Of a stretch of DNA of 64,000 nt, positions 1 to 49,135 are shown in pieces; the stretch's first letter is position 1, and each line of letters opens with the position of its first letter. This DNA is from Callorhinchus milii (Eukaryota), in contig NW_024704742.1 of assembly GCF_018977255.1 (NCBI RefSeq), positions 98,086,001-98,150,000 on the forward strand. Reading direction: 5' to 3'. The notes below the pieces were generated by a model. It was not told the DNA's origin, ran no database searches, and saw only the letters and a program-made list of their open reading frames with translations. Made by a program: the position numbers and the translations under genes.

Positions 1-516
1 ACATCACTTCCTCACCATCTCCAGACTCCAAGAGCTCTACTACATGGTCTGTACATCATTGTTCTCCAAAAGCACAGACTTCCTTGTTTAAAACTTTTTT
101 TGTGCTGCTGTGCGGAATGACTTCTAGTCAACCCAAATCAATTGGGATTTAAGTGATGCATATGAAAGAAGGAATTTGATTAATATGGGGGGTGGAGGGG
201 GGTTGGGCAGAGTGGGGGAGTAGAGAGCTTTTTAAAATAAATATCTGACATTCAGAGAATGATTTCTCTCAGCGCTGCTGTAGTCTCAATGCTGGACAAC
301 ATGCTTTGTCTAAGTGAGGGAGGATTCTGGCCACTGTTGTTCCCAGTCGTGTGAGCAGTTATTCAATGCTGCTTCACCGCACAATGGTTTAATTGTACTG
401 CCCCAACCTGGATTACCAATTCTATTTCAGATCTGGATGGAGCCAGTGATTATTGTTCAATACAATAGGAAACGTGAGCTACATCAATATTGACTTACAA
501 ATATTTAATTCCACAG

Positions 517-37526
<37,010 letters not shown>

Positions 37527-38046
37527 AAGCACCTGGTATAGTCTCTTGTTTGGAACAGATGCCTAACAGGAAACTTATAAATCACATGGAAAAAAATGGC
37601 TCTTGTTTCACTATTGCAGAGAGACTCAATGTTTAAAAATAACTATTCAGTATTTATCAAGATGCCCATAACTGGTGCTTTTAAAGTTAGGATTTATTTA
37701 GTTTCAAACTGCATCCTTTCACGAGCAGCTACTGCCACACACAGGAAGGACAGTTATCTGGACCTCAATGGTGACCGCATTCTTTCTCTGTATTCAGTGA
37801 CCAGTGGAAATAACTTCTCATTGTTTACATATTACAAAAATCCCTCATCATTTTAAAAGTCTCTTATTAGATCTCCACTCAACATTCTCAACAGCCCAAG
37901 TATCTCAAATTTTTCTTCATAAGTTAAACCTCTCATTTCTGGAAATATCCTAGTTAATTTTTTCTGCAGCTGGAAAGTTGAAGAATGAAACTAGATTATC
38001 AAACTTAAACCCCAGGCTAATAGTTCTATTAGCTGTTAACGTTTTT

Positions 38047-38052
38047 AATAAA
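38047..38052 (+). terminator. Candidate proximal TRPM6 polyadenylation signal AATAAA
   Basis: First AATAAA noticed, ~520 nt after the stop; others near 38932 and 39916; usage unknown. Confidence 0.35.
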
Positions 38053-41000
38053 GTCAGATTATAGAATTGTAAGGCAGAGAAGGCCATTTGGCCAGTCAAG
38101 CCTATGTCCAATTTCACTCACAAAATACACAAAGTCGCACCACTACAATAAATCCTGTGAAGCTTTGAGGGTTCTCGATGATGCACTATATCAAACGTAA
38201 GAATCATTATTATTATTTTGCCCCATTCTCTTGCCTTTTCTCTACCTTTTTAGATCTTTTCCAAATATCTTGGTCAGTATTTTAAAAGTGCGTGTTCCTG
38301 TTTGAACTCTTCAAGCTTAATGCCACCTTAGTGTTCATGAATAGTTCACCCCTAATTCTGAATACTTTCGAATGTCACTGACCTTTCATGAGATTGCAGA
38401 AGTAAAACCACATGATGTTGCAAATTTCCAGTTAGACTTGGCCTATGAGACAGACCACCTTGTCTTAAAATGTAAGAGTTGTGGGCAGTTCTTAATTTTG
38501 AAGACAGTTTAACCATAGCTCTTAAAATTAATTAGCTTTCAAATTAATAGCAAATTTAGGATTTCTGCATGATCTGAAATTTTAAGATAATCTTTTTGTG
38601 TTTTATGTTGATATTAATTTTTTTTGCTGAATTCTGAACCACCTTCAGGGAGGTTGATCAATGATCATGTTGTCAGTTGTAACATTGTTCTGTGACCAGT
38701 TTTCTTGATGACATTTCATATCCTCATTGAATCATTTTGATCTTTCCCCCTGATGTAATTTATGTTATTCAGAAATGTTTAATTCATTGATTTTAATACT
38801 ACAATTGTGACCATTTCTTCAGACTTTAGAACAACATTTCATGCTTCTGGTGATGCTGACACAGCACAGATATGCAGAGTGAATATTGTAGTTTTACTAT
38901 CTCTGAAATACCCTTTTCTTTTTCTGAATTTAATAAAGTTTCTTCTCAAAATATGGCCTCCTGTGTTTATTGCCTGCCATTTTATTTCTTTATTTTCTTC
39001 ATCAGAATACATCAGTGTTGTCTGAAAGTTTTAATCCGAAATTAACTAACGCCAGATTGGATTGTTTAACTTTGCTTTAACTTTGTATTGTTTGTGGAAC
39101 ATGTTGACGATCTGAAAAGATGCTATATCAAATGCAAGGATTATTATAATTATTTTATCAGGGTAACCAAATCCAGCAGCGCTAATATTGAGGTGCAATT
39201 GTTTTATTCATTTTATTGATAGTTCCACTGTCCAATGATGCTCCTTCTTGCCTCATTGATCAGTTATTGACCTTACCCAAACATTAATAGCCAGAAACAA
39301 ACATTGCAAGGAATAATAATAATAATCCTTACATTTGGTATGGTGCCTTTCAAGCCAGGAGAATGAACCAAAGCACTTCACAAATATTCAGCAAATAGGT
39401 TCTTTAATGTCCACTTGAACAGGCCAACTGGGTCATGTTTTAATGTATCATCCGAAGGACAGCTCCTTCAACAATGAAACTCTGTAATGCTCTTCCTCTA
39501 TCCTTCTGCCTTGCCCCTCCTTCCCCATCTTCAAGTTGAAGAGGACCTTGCTCTTCAATCGTGTCTACGGTCACTTCCCCCCGGCTCTGCATAGTGCTCC
39601 GTCAATGTCAAGTGCTCTGGAACGCTACCCTTCATGAGGGGCGCTATCTAAATGCAAGTTGTTGTCTTTGTTGTTAAGGCTCAGTAGCTATCGTGAAGTT
39701 GTGCTCAATCAGCTTTGATCTAAAAGAACTTTCCAAAACTTTGAAATAATAAAATCCATATTTGGGGAAATTGTTGATGGTCTGCGATAGGAATAGTTTG
39801 ATGGGCTAAATAATCTTTCTTATGCTCTTATTGATATTCTCATTGAAACACACACAAAGGGGGAATTGTTAGAATTATTTATCATACATTTTATTGTTTT
39901 TTTAACTCCATCTGCAATAAAGAAACATAAACATAGATTGTCATTTACAGTAAACATTCAGAAATATTCAATGTGCATTAAAAAGACCTCTACTATTATT
40001 AAACTATTCTGCTTACAGAATTCAAAATGTCATTTTTTTTCAAATACAGGGTAACTTAAAACTCCAAGCATTTGTAGGTTACTTAAATGAACAAACAGAA
40101 GAATTTTGTTATGTACAAGAAAACAGAAGACTGAACTTTTATTATAACTTCCACATTGTGTCAGGGCATTGTGAAGTCTTTGCAACAGAAGATGGTTCTG
40201 AAGATTTTTAGTGCAAACTCTTTGGACTCCTTCACTCCCTCCTTCACATTAACCCTTTAAGGACTATAGTAAGGATACAATTGCACCAATTGTGAAGTGT
40301 GAATTATCAATAAATGGAATGATAGGGATATGAGGACAAGCCTTTTTTTGTAGATATTTTCATCTCACTGTCTTTAGAATGACCATAATACTATTTTGGT
40401 TAAAATAACACATTGTAGATTGTCTAATTGGCTTCTCTTTCCAGATCTCATCATGGGATGTACCCACCAGTCCTTGGTCCAAAACCACTGCAGTCGACAC
40501 CAAAACCCCGCAAATCTAATGAATGATAATTTTGTAATAAATGGTGGAATGATTTTGGAAAATCGCCATAGTCCTTCAAAGATTATAAAGTGTCCTAAGT
40601 AATTTTAAAAACAGAAGTCAAAGGAGGTTTTGAACATTTGAAAATAGGTTATGAGATTACATAGAATGCTAGGGGGTTGTTCTGAAAATAGCCCTATTTT
40701 AGCATGCTCAACTAGCACAGTATCTCAGGAACGAGGTGTCTTGAGCTGGATTAAGACAGTCAACTTTTGCCCTGTTCAAAACCAGATGGGGTTGGGTGTT
40801 GGGATCATGGGCCAATGGCTTGAGCTCTGAGAGTTGCATTTCCGATGATTAAAATTCACTAATTTAACAACTTTAATATTAGTAATGACTTGGCATCATA
40901 AAACCAGTGCAAAAAAAAAGCAAACTTATATTTTAAAACTGCAGAACTCTGTTATCCATTTTAGAGATTTCCAGAAAGCCCACTCATAAACTAAACTGCC

Positions 41001-43318
41001 ATCAACCCTAGATTGATCAGAAAAGCAGATTATTTAATAATAATCCTTGCATCTGATTTAGCGCTGTTCACATCAGGAGGATGCCTCAAAGCACTTCACA
41101 GGATTTACTACAAAATGTATTGCCTGTGTATTTTGTGAGCAAACTGATTACTGTGATTGACTGGCTCTTTTTGAGCATGCTCTGAATAAAATGAAAACAG
41201 TCTCACTCCAAGATTATACATCCCAGTGTACAGAATGTTTGTTGTACCCAAAGCTCCCCTCTCCTCCTCTCAGATTTTCTGGCACTCCATTAAACCCTCA
41301 AAACAGGATGCAGAGATTTCACGACAGACCACAGAATCTTCTTAAGATGTTCAGCAATGGGGGCGAATGTTGCGAATATATACAGACTGAGCCCCGAGGG
41401 AGTGAGAAACAACTGCCAGCTTTACTCATAATTCATAGTGATTTCCCAAATCCTTTGCATATTAATTATTAATAATAACATTCATTTGACAAACTCTTTG
41501 GGAGCTATAAGTTAAGGTGGACAGTCCTGTCAGTGGATTTGTTTGTCGTTTTACAGAAATAAATCCTAATAGTAAAAAATCCACAAGATTCTAATTACAA
41601 TCAGTTCTCTGATAAAAAAGATAGAGTACACTCGCAGGAGGCGAACGTATCAATATATCTCACTTGGTCTCTGATTTTTCAGAAAATGTGTTTGTTTTTA
41701 AGAACGTTACAAATCAGAATGCCGTATCAGAACTACCGACCCATATTATTTACAGCATTTATTAACAGAATGGATAAAGAACTGCAGCAGCAACTTGATG
41801 CCTTTACTCCGAAAAGATGGTCAAGGGTTTTGTCAAATTTAAGGTAGACAAATCTACAGAAAAGGGCAGAGATTTAGTATATTGTAAAGATGGCAGCATG
41901 CAAAGCAAACCTCTTGATTTCTGCACTTACATAGCAAGTATTTTCACAATACAAATGCCTTGGATTATTGCTACTAGGATCTAATGCATGTTTGGAATTC
42001 TAAACCTTGATAGGAACCTGCTCTTCTGTGACCCTCAAGACAGTGAAACATACAGCACATGTTATTGGCTGAATTCCTATTATGTGCACGAGAAATCCTT
42101 TGTTACAGTCATGGATTGCTGTGGTATTAGATTTGTTTTTTAAGACGACAGCAGCTCACTTCCTGAAACCAAAGAACTGAGTTAACCCATGTTTTAATGA
42201 TGTGCTACCGAAATGTGAGAGTGAATTAATAAAATTATACCACTCTTGGCAATTACATTTATAAATGAAGTGCAAAGACTGTGGGAGAATAGACTTGCAA
42301 TATTCTGTAGCAATTTAACCTGGAGTACCTTCCTTTTCCATTCAAATAATCAAGTAAGACTGCTTTGATCATTTGACTGGATTTGTGGATCTAAACTGAC
42401 TCAAGAGGTTCCCCGGGCATCTGGTCACTTACTGCCAGGTTAGGCTGCTACAAGCCATAAATATCATCTTGTAAATGTTGCTTCATTTCTTTTTTGCTAC
42501 TTTCAGGAATTAGCTATTCACCAATTGGCCCATTTTGGATTCGATTAAGATCCTTTTCAATTCATTGGTTCCAATGAATTAAACAATATGTACAGACTCC
42601 CCTTCCTTCTGAAGCTTGTTTGCACTAATATTCATAAACACGTGCAAATGAAAGAACAGAAAATAGAAGTATTGTTTCTGGAATGTTTCATTATTTAAAG
42701 TATCCTAAGCAAGATACATTCAGTGGCTTTCGAGGATTTCTGGTGCACAAAACAATACAAAAAATTCAATCAATATTCCTGACACCTCACAGAACTGAAA
42801 GCCTTGTCTGGTTTTATTTTCTCCCCTCACTTCTAAACACTTCCAAACCTCTATTTTTTGACGTTCCACTGACCAAGATCCCTGAGTGGCATACAGTGCA
42901 ACAACTGTATTAAGCAGTGATTGTCATTAACAGGAGGGTTACTTATTCTGTACAATGAGAAAGCTAAAAACAACAAAAAACACCTCAAATAATTGTAACC
43001 AAACAACCTATGTAACAGGTGGCACTGCTAAACCTATCAAAGGCGCATTAGTTGGGAGCTGTTGTCCACTTTCTCAAGAGATCCACCCTGTCAGTAAGGG
43101 AGATATATGGTAATTATACTCTTATTGTGCCTCGCTGGAATCTGGACAAATGAATTCTATTAGATAGTGTGATTCTACTATTGCCATTTTACATTCTTAT
43201 TGCTCTGGCATTTGAGAATATTATGATACATTTTCAGTCCAACATATCACTGGAACCAAATCAATTGGAGGGTAAGGGCATGAGATAAATGTGAGTTCAC
43301 TTGTAAGACTGATCACTT

Positions 43319-43613
43319 AATAATAATAATCCTAGCATTTGATATAGTGCATCTCAAAGCGCTTCACAGAATATACTGTTAAGTGAATTGACTGCATATT
43401 TGTGGGCGAAACGCAGCAGCCAATTTTGTACAGCAGTGTCCCACAAACAGTCATGGATTGAAGTGACCAATTTTATTTTTGTTTTTTCTTCTTGAGGGAT
43501 TATTATCAGGCGTGTGGAGTAAGGAAACTTGCCCAAGGTTTCGCCTTGCTGGGAATCAAACCCAGGTCTCTCGCTTGCGAGGTGAGTGCTCTAACCACTG
43601 AGCTACAGGACTC
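43319..43613 (-). mobile_element. tRNA-derived SINE
   Basis: Same family, reverse orientation. Confidence 0.9.
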
Positions 43614-43914
43614 TTGATTCTGTACTCCAGGATAGTTGATTTTGCTTCAGGCAGGATTTTGTTGTTTATATTTTAGAAACTATTAACCTTAGTAGCACAA
43701 TAAGATACTTGGAAAGAAGAAACCTTATTCTCTGCTTAATATCTTTCACAATTGTATTCAAGTAATCTATATACTGATGGGCTGGGGAGCTCAATAGAGC
43801 AGCTACTCATATATGTTTACAGCATCTAGTCCTGGTTCAGGGCCGAGAAGGGCATTTGGAAGGAGATCTGCCTTAACAGGACAAGATCTTATCAGCGCCC
43901 CATTCAATGCATAC

Positions 43915-44292
43915 TCCACTTCAAGATCCTCATACTCGTGTTCAAATCTATTCACTCCATGGCACCTCCCTACCTCTCCGACCTCCTCACTCCCCAAACC
44001 ACCATCCAGCACCTCTGATTGGCACCAGCCTCATGCTCATCCCTTGCACTCTCTGCTCTACCATTGGAGGATGTGCTTTCAGCCACTACTCCCTGAAGCT
44101 CCGGAACACTCTCTCTCAATTCCTCCGCCTTGCCCTCTCTCTTCCCTTTTTCAAGTCCCGCCTGAAAACCTTCCCGTTCGACCGTGCTTACGGTCACTTC
44201 TCCCCCAACCGGCTCAGAGTCAAGCTCCACCACTGTTAAGCGCTCTGAGATGCTACCCTGAGTGGAGGGTGCTATATAAGTGCAAGTTGTTG
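43915..44292 (+). mobile_element. L2 3' fragment
   Basis: Same subfamily tail as 31440-32433 (CCACTGTTAAGCGCT...GCTATATAAGTGCAAGTTGTTG). Confidence 0.85.
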
Positions 44293-44643
44293 TATTGTTG
44301 CTCTGCTCTTTGAAATCATTGCACATTCCAGTGCCTTTTTCTCCTCAGGTCATCTTTAACATTTTCCAGCCCAGAGCCTTAAGGAGTTTCCAATATTCTC
44401 ATCAAGAATTGGTCAAAAAGTTTGGGAACTGTGAGGTAGGCATTAAAGTCCTGCCTCCTTCCTCAAAGTACCTGGGGACACAAAATATTGCAGGTGAAGA
44501 TGGCGCCTTTAAGAAAAGCTTCACAGGTGAGAGTAAAACTGGAACCAGATTAAAATTGTGCAAATCCTACTGTGAATTGACTGGTTTCATGTAAGGAAAT
44601 GGTGTAACATTACTGCTTCTTCTGATTACCAGTCAATATGTCT

Positions 44644-44961
44644 ATAATAATAATAATAATCCTTGCATTTGATATAGTGCTTTTCACGTCTTCTAGACGT
44701 CCCAAAGCGCTTCACAGAATATACTGTAAAGTGAATTGACTGTATATTTGTGGGCGAACGCGGCAGCCAATTGCGCACAGCAATGTCCCACAAACAGTCA
44801 TGGATTGAAAATGACCAATTTATTATTGTTTTATTTTTTTGGAGGGATTATTATTAGGCGTGTGGAGTAAGGAAACTTGCCCAAGGTTTCGCCCTGCCTG
44901 GAATTGAACCCGGGTCTCTCACTTGCAAAGCGAGTGCTCTAACGACTGAGCTACAGGACTC
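44644..44961 (-). mobile_element. tRNA-derived SINE
   Basis: Same family, reverse orientation. Confidence 0.9.
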
Positions 44962-46699
44962 TATGTCAATGTCTCTCCAATTCAAAGCTCGGATGAGCCT
45001 TCTCCAATATACCTATGTGCCCTTTCTATTTCCCATTGCCACAGTAATGATAGTTGGTGTTGTATTGTGAGTAGCTTGGAATCTCCCACCTGGTACAGGT
45101 TAGGTGGAGCTAGACCTAACTCATCTCATATGGGGCCAGTACAGTTGAAGGAAAGTGGACATTTCTGGAATGAATTCAAACTCGGATCCTGAAGATGGCA
45201 GGCCAGTGTGCTAACCTTTTCATAATTCAGTCGCTTGAAAATCTTTACATCTAATTAGTAGACCTGTTTTCATACAAAATAACTGTGAAACTCTGCAAAG
45301 CTCAGGAGATGGAAATAAAAAGAATTTTTTTTTAAAACTCGCAACAATACCCTATAAAATGTAGTCATGTTTTCATACAAAATTCTGGGCAAGACAAAAC
45401 CATATTGCATGCTTTCCCATTCCCTATACATATATTTACATTTTTACCCTCCCTTATACCACCCACCCCACCCCCTCCCCACACACACACAACCCTCCAG
45501 AGGTCTGGTTTCATTAAGTGCTAAAAAGTCTTGCAAGAGAAATAACAAGAATGCAAACTGTCCCAGTGTCCACAGGCTGATGATTTGAAAATAAAAATCT
45601 ATTTTCCCTTTAACATATTTCAGCCACCATACAAATTCCTACTGTTTAAAGTTAAAAAAAGCTTGAAACTTTATATTATAAAAATATGTTTGTCCCAAAA
45701 GATCCACAAATGCAACTAACGAATACATTAACATATACTTGGGGTGTGTTTGAAGAAACTCTGCAGTTGTTTCTGCAAATGCAGATTTATATATTTTAAT
45801 TGTTTCTAAAAACATTTTTGTTTTGCTTGTTTGCTTTCCTAAGAATCAATTCATAATTGATGTTACCATTTTGATACTTTGCTCATGCAAACACACAGGT
45901 AAAAAAAAAAATTCTTCTGGCTAAGCATAATATTAACCTGCTTTTCTCTATCAAATGCTGATCTACCTGCTGTAGATGTGCGTTTCCTGCATCTTGTTTA
46001 CAATTTTCTTTGCACGAAACATACAAATTTTCAACACAGAAAGAGTCTATTGTTTCTGTGCTATTGTAACGGTTTGCTGCAGCTGCACTGCCCTCTATTG
46101 GCAAGTACAGTATGAATACTTGTTCTGAGCCCAATGTTCACAACTTGAATGCTTAAGGAGAAGGGTGGATAGAGAATTTGTATGTGTCTGTACATTTTAC
46201 TCCTCTATAAAGCAGTATTTCTTCTGCAGCTGTGACCTGCTCTTACAAATCAAAAACCTGTTAAAATGTCTTTTTGACTGTACTCAGTTTGTTTTACTTA
46301 AAAAATGATACCACAAGCAGAGAAAACAAGAATCTAACTAAGCCCACATGAAATGTATTTGAGAATAATGATTCAAATCTTCTGATGGTTAAAATGCGAC
46401 ATGGTTAGAGTCCTGCCCTATTGAGGTCACAGCCACAGCCATTTCAAGAGGAAGAATCTGTTCATTTATTATAGTACTTCAGCACCATTGATTGATTACT
46501 GTTTAGGCCCTTAGACTGTCATCATCTATTAGACACAAACACTAAGAATAGGAGACAACGATAAGCTTTTACCCCATTAATAAAATGAGCAAGGTTGGGG
46601 GGTGGGGAGTGGGGAGAGAAATGCGGATTGTGATATCATTGGTGATATTTGCCACACTGACCAAAAGCAAAATGCAGTAAAAAGTTATTATTCGCCTCA

Positions 46700-46955
46700 A
46701 GCGAGTGACCAGTTTATCTGGAGGACTGTTAACCAGGACGTTGTGAGAAACTCCTTCCCTAATTCTCTTTTCTTTTCAGACATGTCCTCCCTTTAACATT
46801 TCATCCAAAGGAAATGCCAAAAATGCTGTACAGCCCAAGCACTGCACTGAAGTGTCAGTCTAGACTATGTGAGTTTATTTTTTTGTTGTGGGGCTTGAAC
46901 CCATAAGTTTTTGATTCAAAGGAGAGAGAGTTACCAAGTGAGACACCCTGACATC
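46700..46955 (-). mobile_element. Old Deu-domain SINE fragment
   Basis: GCACTGCACTGAAGTGTCAGTCTAGACT...GGGCTTGAACCC; boundaries approximate. Confidence 0.55.
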
Positions 46956-47595
46956 TGGCTACCAACCCTTCAACTTGCCTTACAAGACACTCACTATCAA
47001 TCACATTCCAAAGAAACCCTACCCCCAGTGAAAGCTCCCGTCACTTCACGCCTCCTGTTCCTGGTGATTCTGAAGTGAGTGACCAATTTACCTAGAAGAT
47101 CGTTGGCCAGGTCACCGGGAGAAACTCCTTTCTCTTTTCAAATAGTGCCATGGGATCTTTAATGTCCACCTGAATAAGCAGATGGGAGAAGTAATACCCT
47201 GCAGTCCTTATTTTTGAGATCAAGAATAGAAATAAGAGTCTAATGAACAGGTTTTCTGCTTCCTTCCCATATTTCACAATTTAAAAGGTTTGAAACAAAA
47301 CCATTTTTCTTCTGGACAGAGGCAAACATCAGTTATAAAGCAAATTCAATTCAACATAGAGGAAAAGGACAAAATACTTCATTTGTGCCATTTGGCATGA
47401 AGATAAAATAAGGTAACCATGCTGTTTAACACACTTGTTCATTAACAAATCTTTCATTCCATGCTTACATTGTGATTTATAATTATAAAAGCTGAGCAGA
47501 AAGTTCCTAGAGCCCGGTGTTTGGTTATGCAACACACAACACTGCTGAGAACTGCTGTAAGATTCACATTTCAAAACCTCCTGTTGAAAACTGTT

Positions 47596-47907
47596 AATAA
47601 TAATAATAATCCTTGCATTTGATATAGCGCTTTTCACGTCGGGAGGACATCCCAAAGCGCTTCACAGAACACACTGTAAAGTGAATTGACTGTATATTTG
47701 TGGGTGAACGCGGCAGCCAATTGCGCACAGCAATGTCCCACAAACAGTCGTAGATTGAAAATGACCAATTTATTATTGTTTTTGGAGGGATTATTATTAG
47801 GCGTGTGGAGTAAGGAAACTTGCCCAAGGTCTCGCCCTGCCTGGAATTGAATTCAGGTCTCTCGCTTGCAAAGCGAGTGCTCTAACCACTGAACTACAGG
47901 ACTCCAC
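47596..47907 (-). mobile_element. tRNA-derived SINE
   Basis: Same family, reverse orientation. Confidence 0.9.
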
Positions 47908-48709
47908 CTTGGGACGTCCTGTTGAAACCTTAGAAGTCAAAATCAAGTTTCAATTCACATGTGAGGCTTCCTACTCTACAAATCAGGGAAGATGCTCCAG
48001 GATCAAGGGCTTCCCTGTCTTCTCTTTGACTCGCAGCAACGCATTTAACATCCCATTGCCTACACTTACAATGAAAACATCAGTCTTCCAGAGGACTAGA
48101 TCTCAAGCATAGAAGGATTTATTTCTAAAGCAAATTCATCTCCCCCCACCCATGTTATTCAAACATTTCTATATTAATGGTGAGTTTTTGTTCATCAAAA
48201 GTGAACAATGTCAATACTGGGGAATAGAACATTTCTAGTATCTAGTAGGCAGCAATGAGTAGTCCCAGGCCATGTACAAGATGAGTTAGGAAAAGGTTAA
48301 GCTCCCTCTGCTCTGCCCAAACCATATGTTTAGCTACAACCTCAGAAGAGAGCTCAACCATGTGCTATTTCTATTTTTCATATCAGCCAATCCTTGTTGA
48401 CTGTCCGAATGAAATTGCCAAATTAGGGGCAGAACATAGCAGGACAGTCCAAACACATTTTGCTCTCCACCCTCGCCAATCCCGAACCCTATCTCAGATC
48501 CGAAACACTGACCGTCCAGTACCTTGGGACGTCCTCCCGATGTGAGAGGCGCTATGTAATTTTGTTGTTGTATTAGAGCGCGTAAAGTCTAAATCCATTC
48601 AGTCCAAGCTGAATCTGACCCAAGTACAAGAAATGAAAGGACAACATTCTAACCAACTTTATCATCCAGTCCGCTACTTCAGCCTCGTTATTAACTAAAA
48701 AAAGTACTA

Positions 48710-49135
48710 TTTTAGCACTGTAAAACATCTTAAAACACTTCACAGATGATTAGGGCATTTTGTGTAGGCAAACACAGCAGTCATTTGCACACAGCCAGGT
48801 CCCAAACAAATATGAGATGAAGACTAATTTATCTGGAGGATTGTTGACCAAGACCCTGGGAGAAATTCTTCACTTTTCAAATAGTGCCATGGGAGATTTA
48901 ACGTCCACCTGAACTGGCAGACGGGACCTCGGTTTAACCGGAAGGAGTGCTTACTCAGATTTCTTAATTAAGAAATCCACTAAGAAATACTTTAAAACTG
49001 TCCCTCAATGTAGTGCTCCCCAGTACTGCACTGCAGTATCATCTTAGGCTTTGAGTTCAAATCCTGATGTGGGGCTTGAACCCACAACTTTCTGATCCAC
49101 AGGTGAGAGTGCTATTCGGAGCTGAGTCAAGCTAA
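48710..49135 (-). mobile_element. Old Deu-domain SINE
   Basis: AATAGTGCCATGGGA...GTCCACCTG...CAGTACTGCACTG...GGGCTTGAACCCAC; boundaries approximate. Confidence 0.65.
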
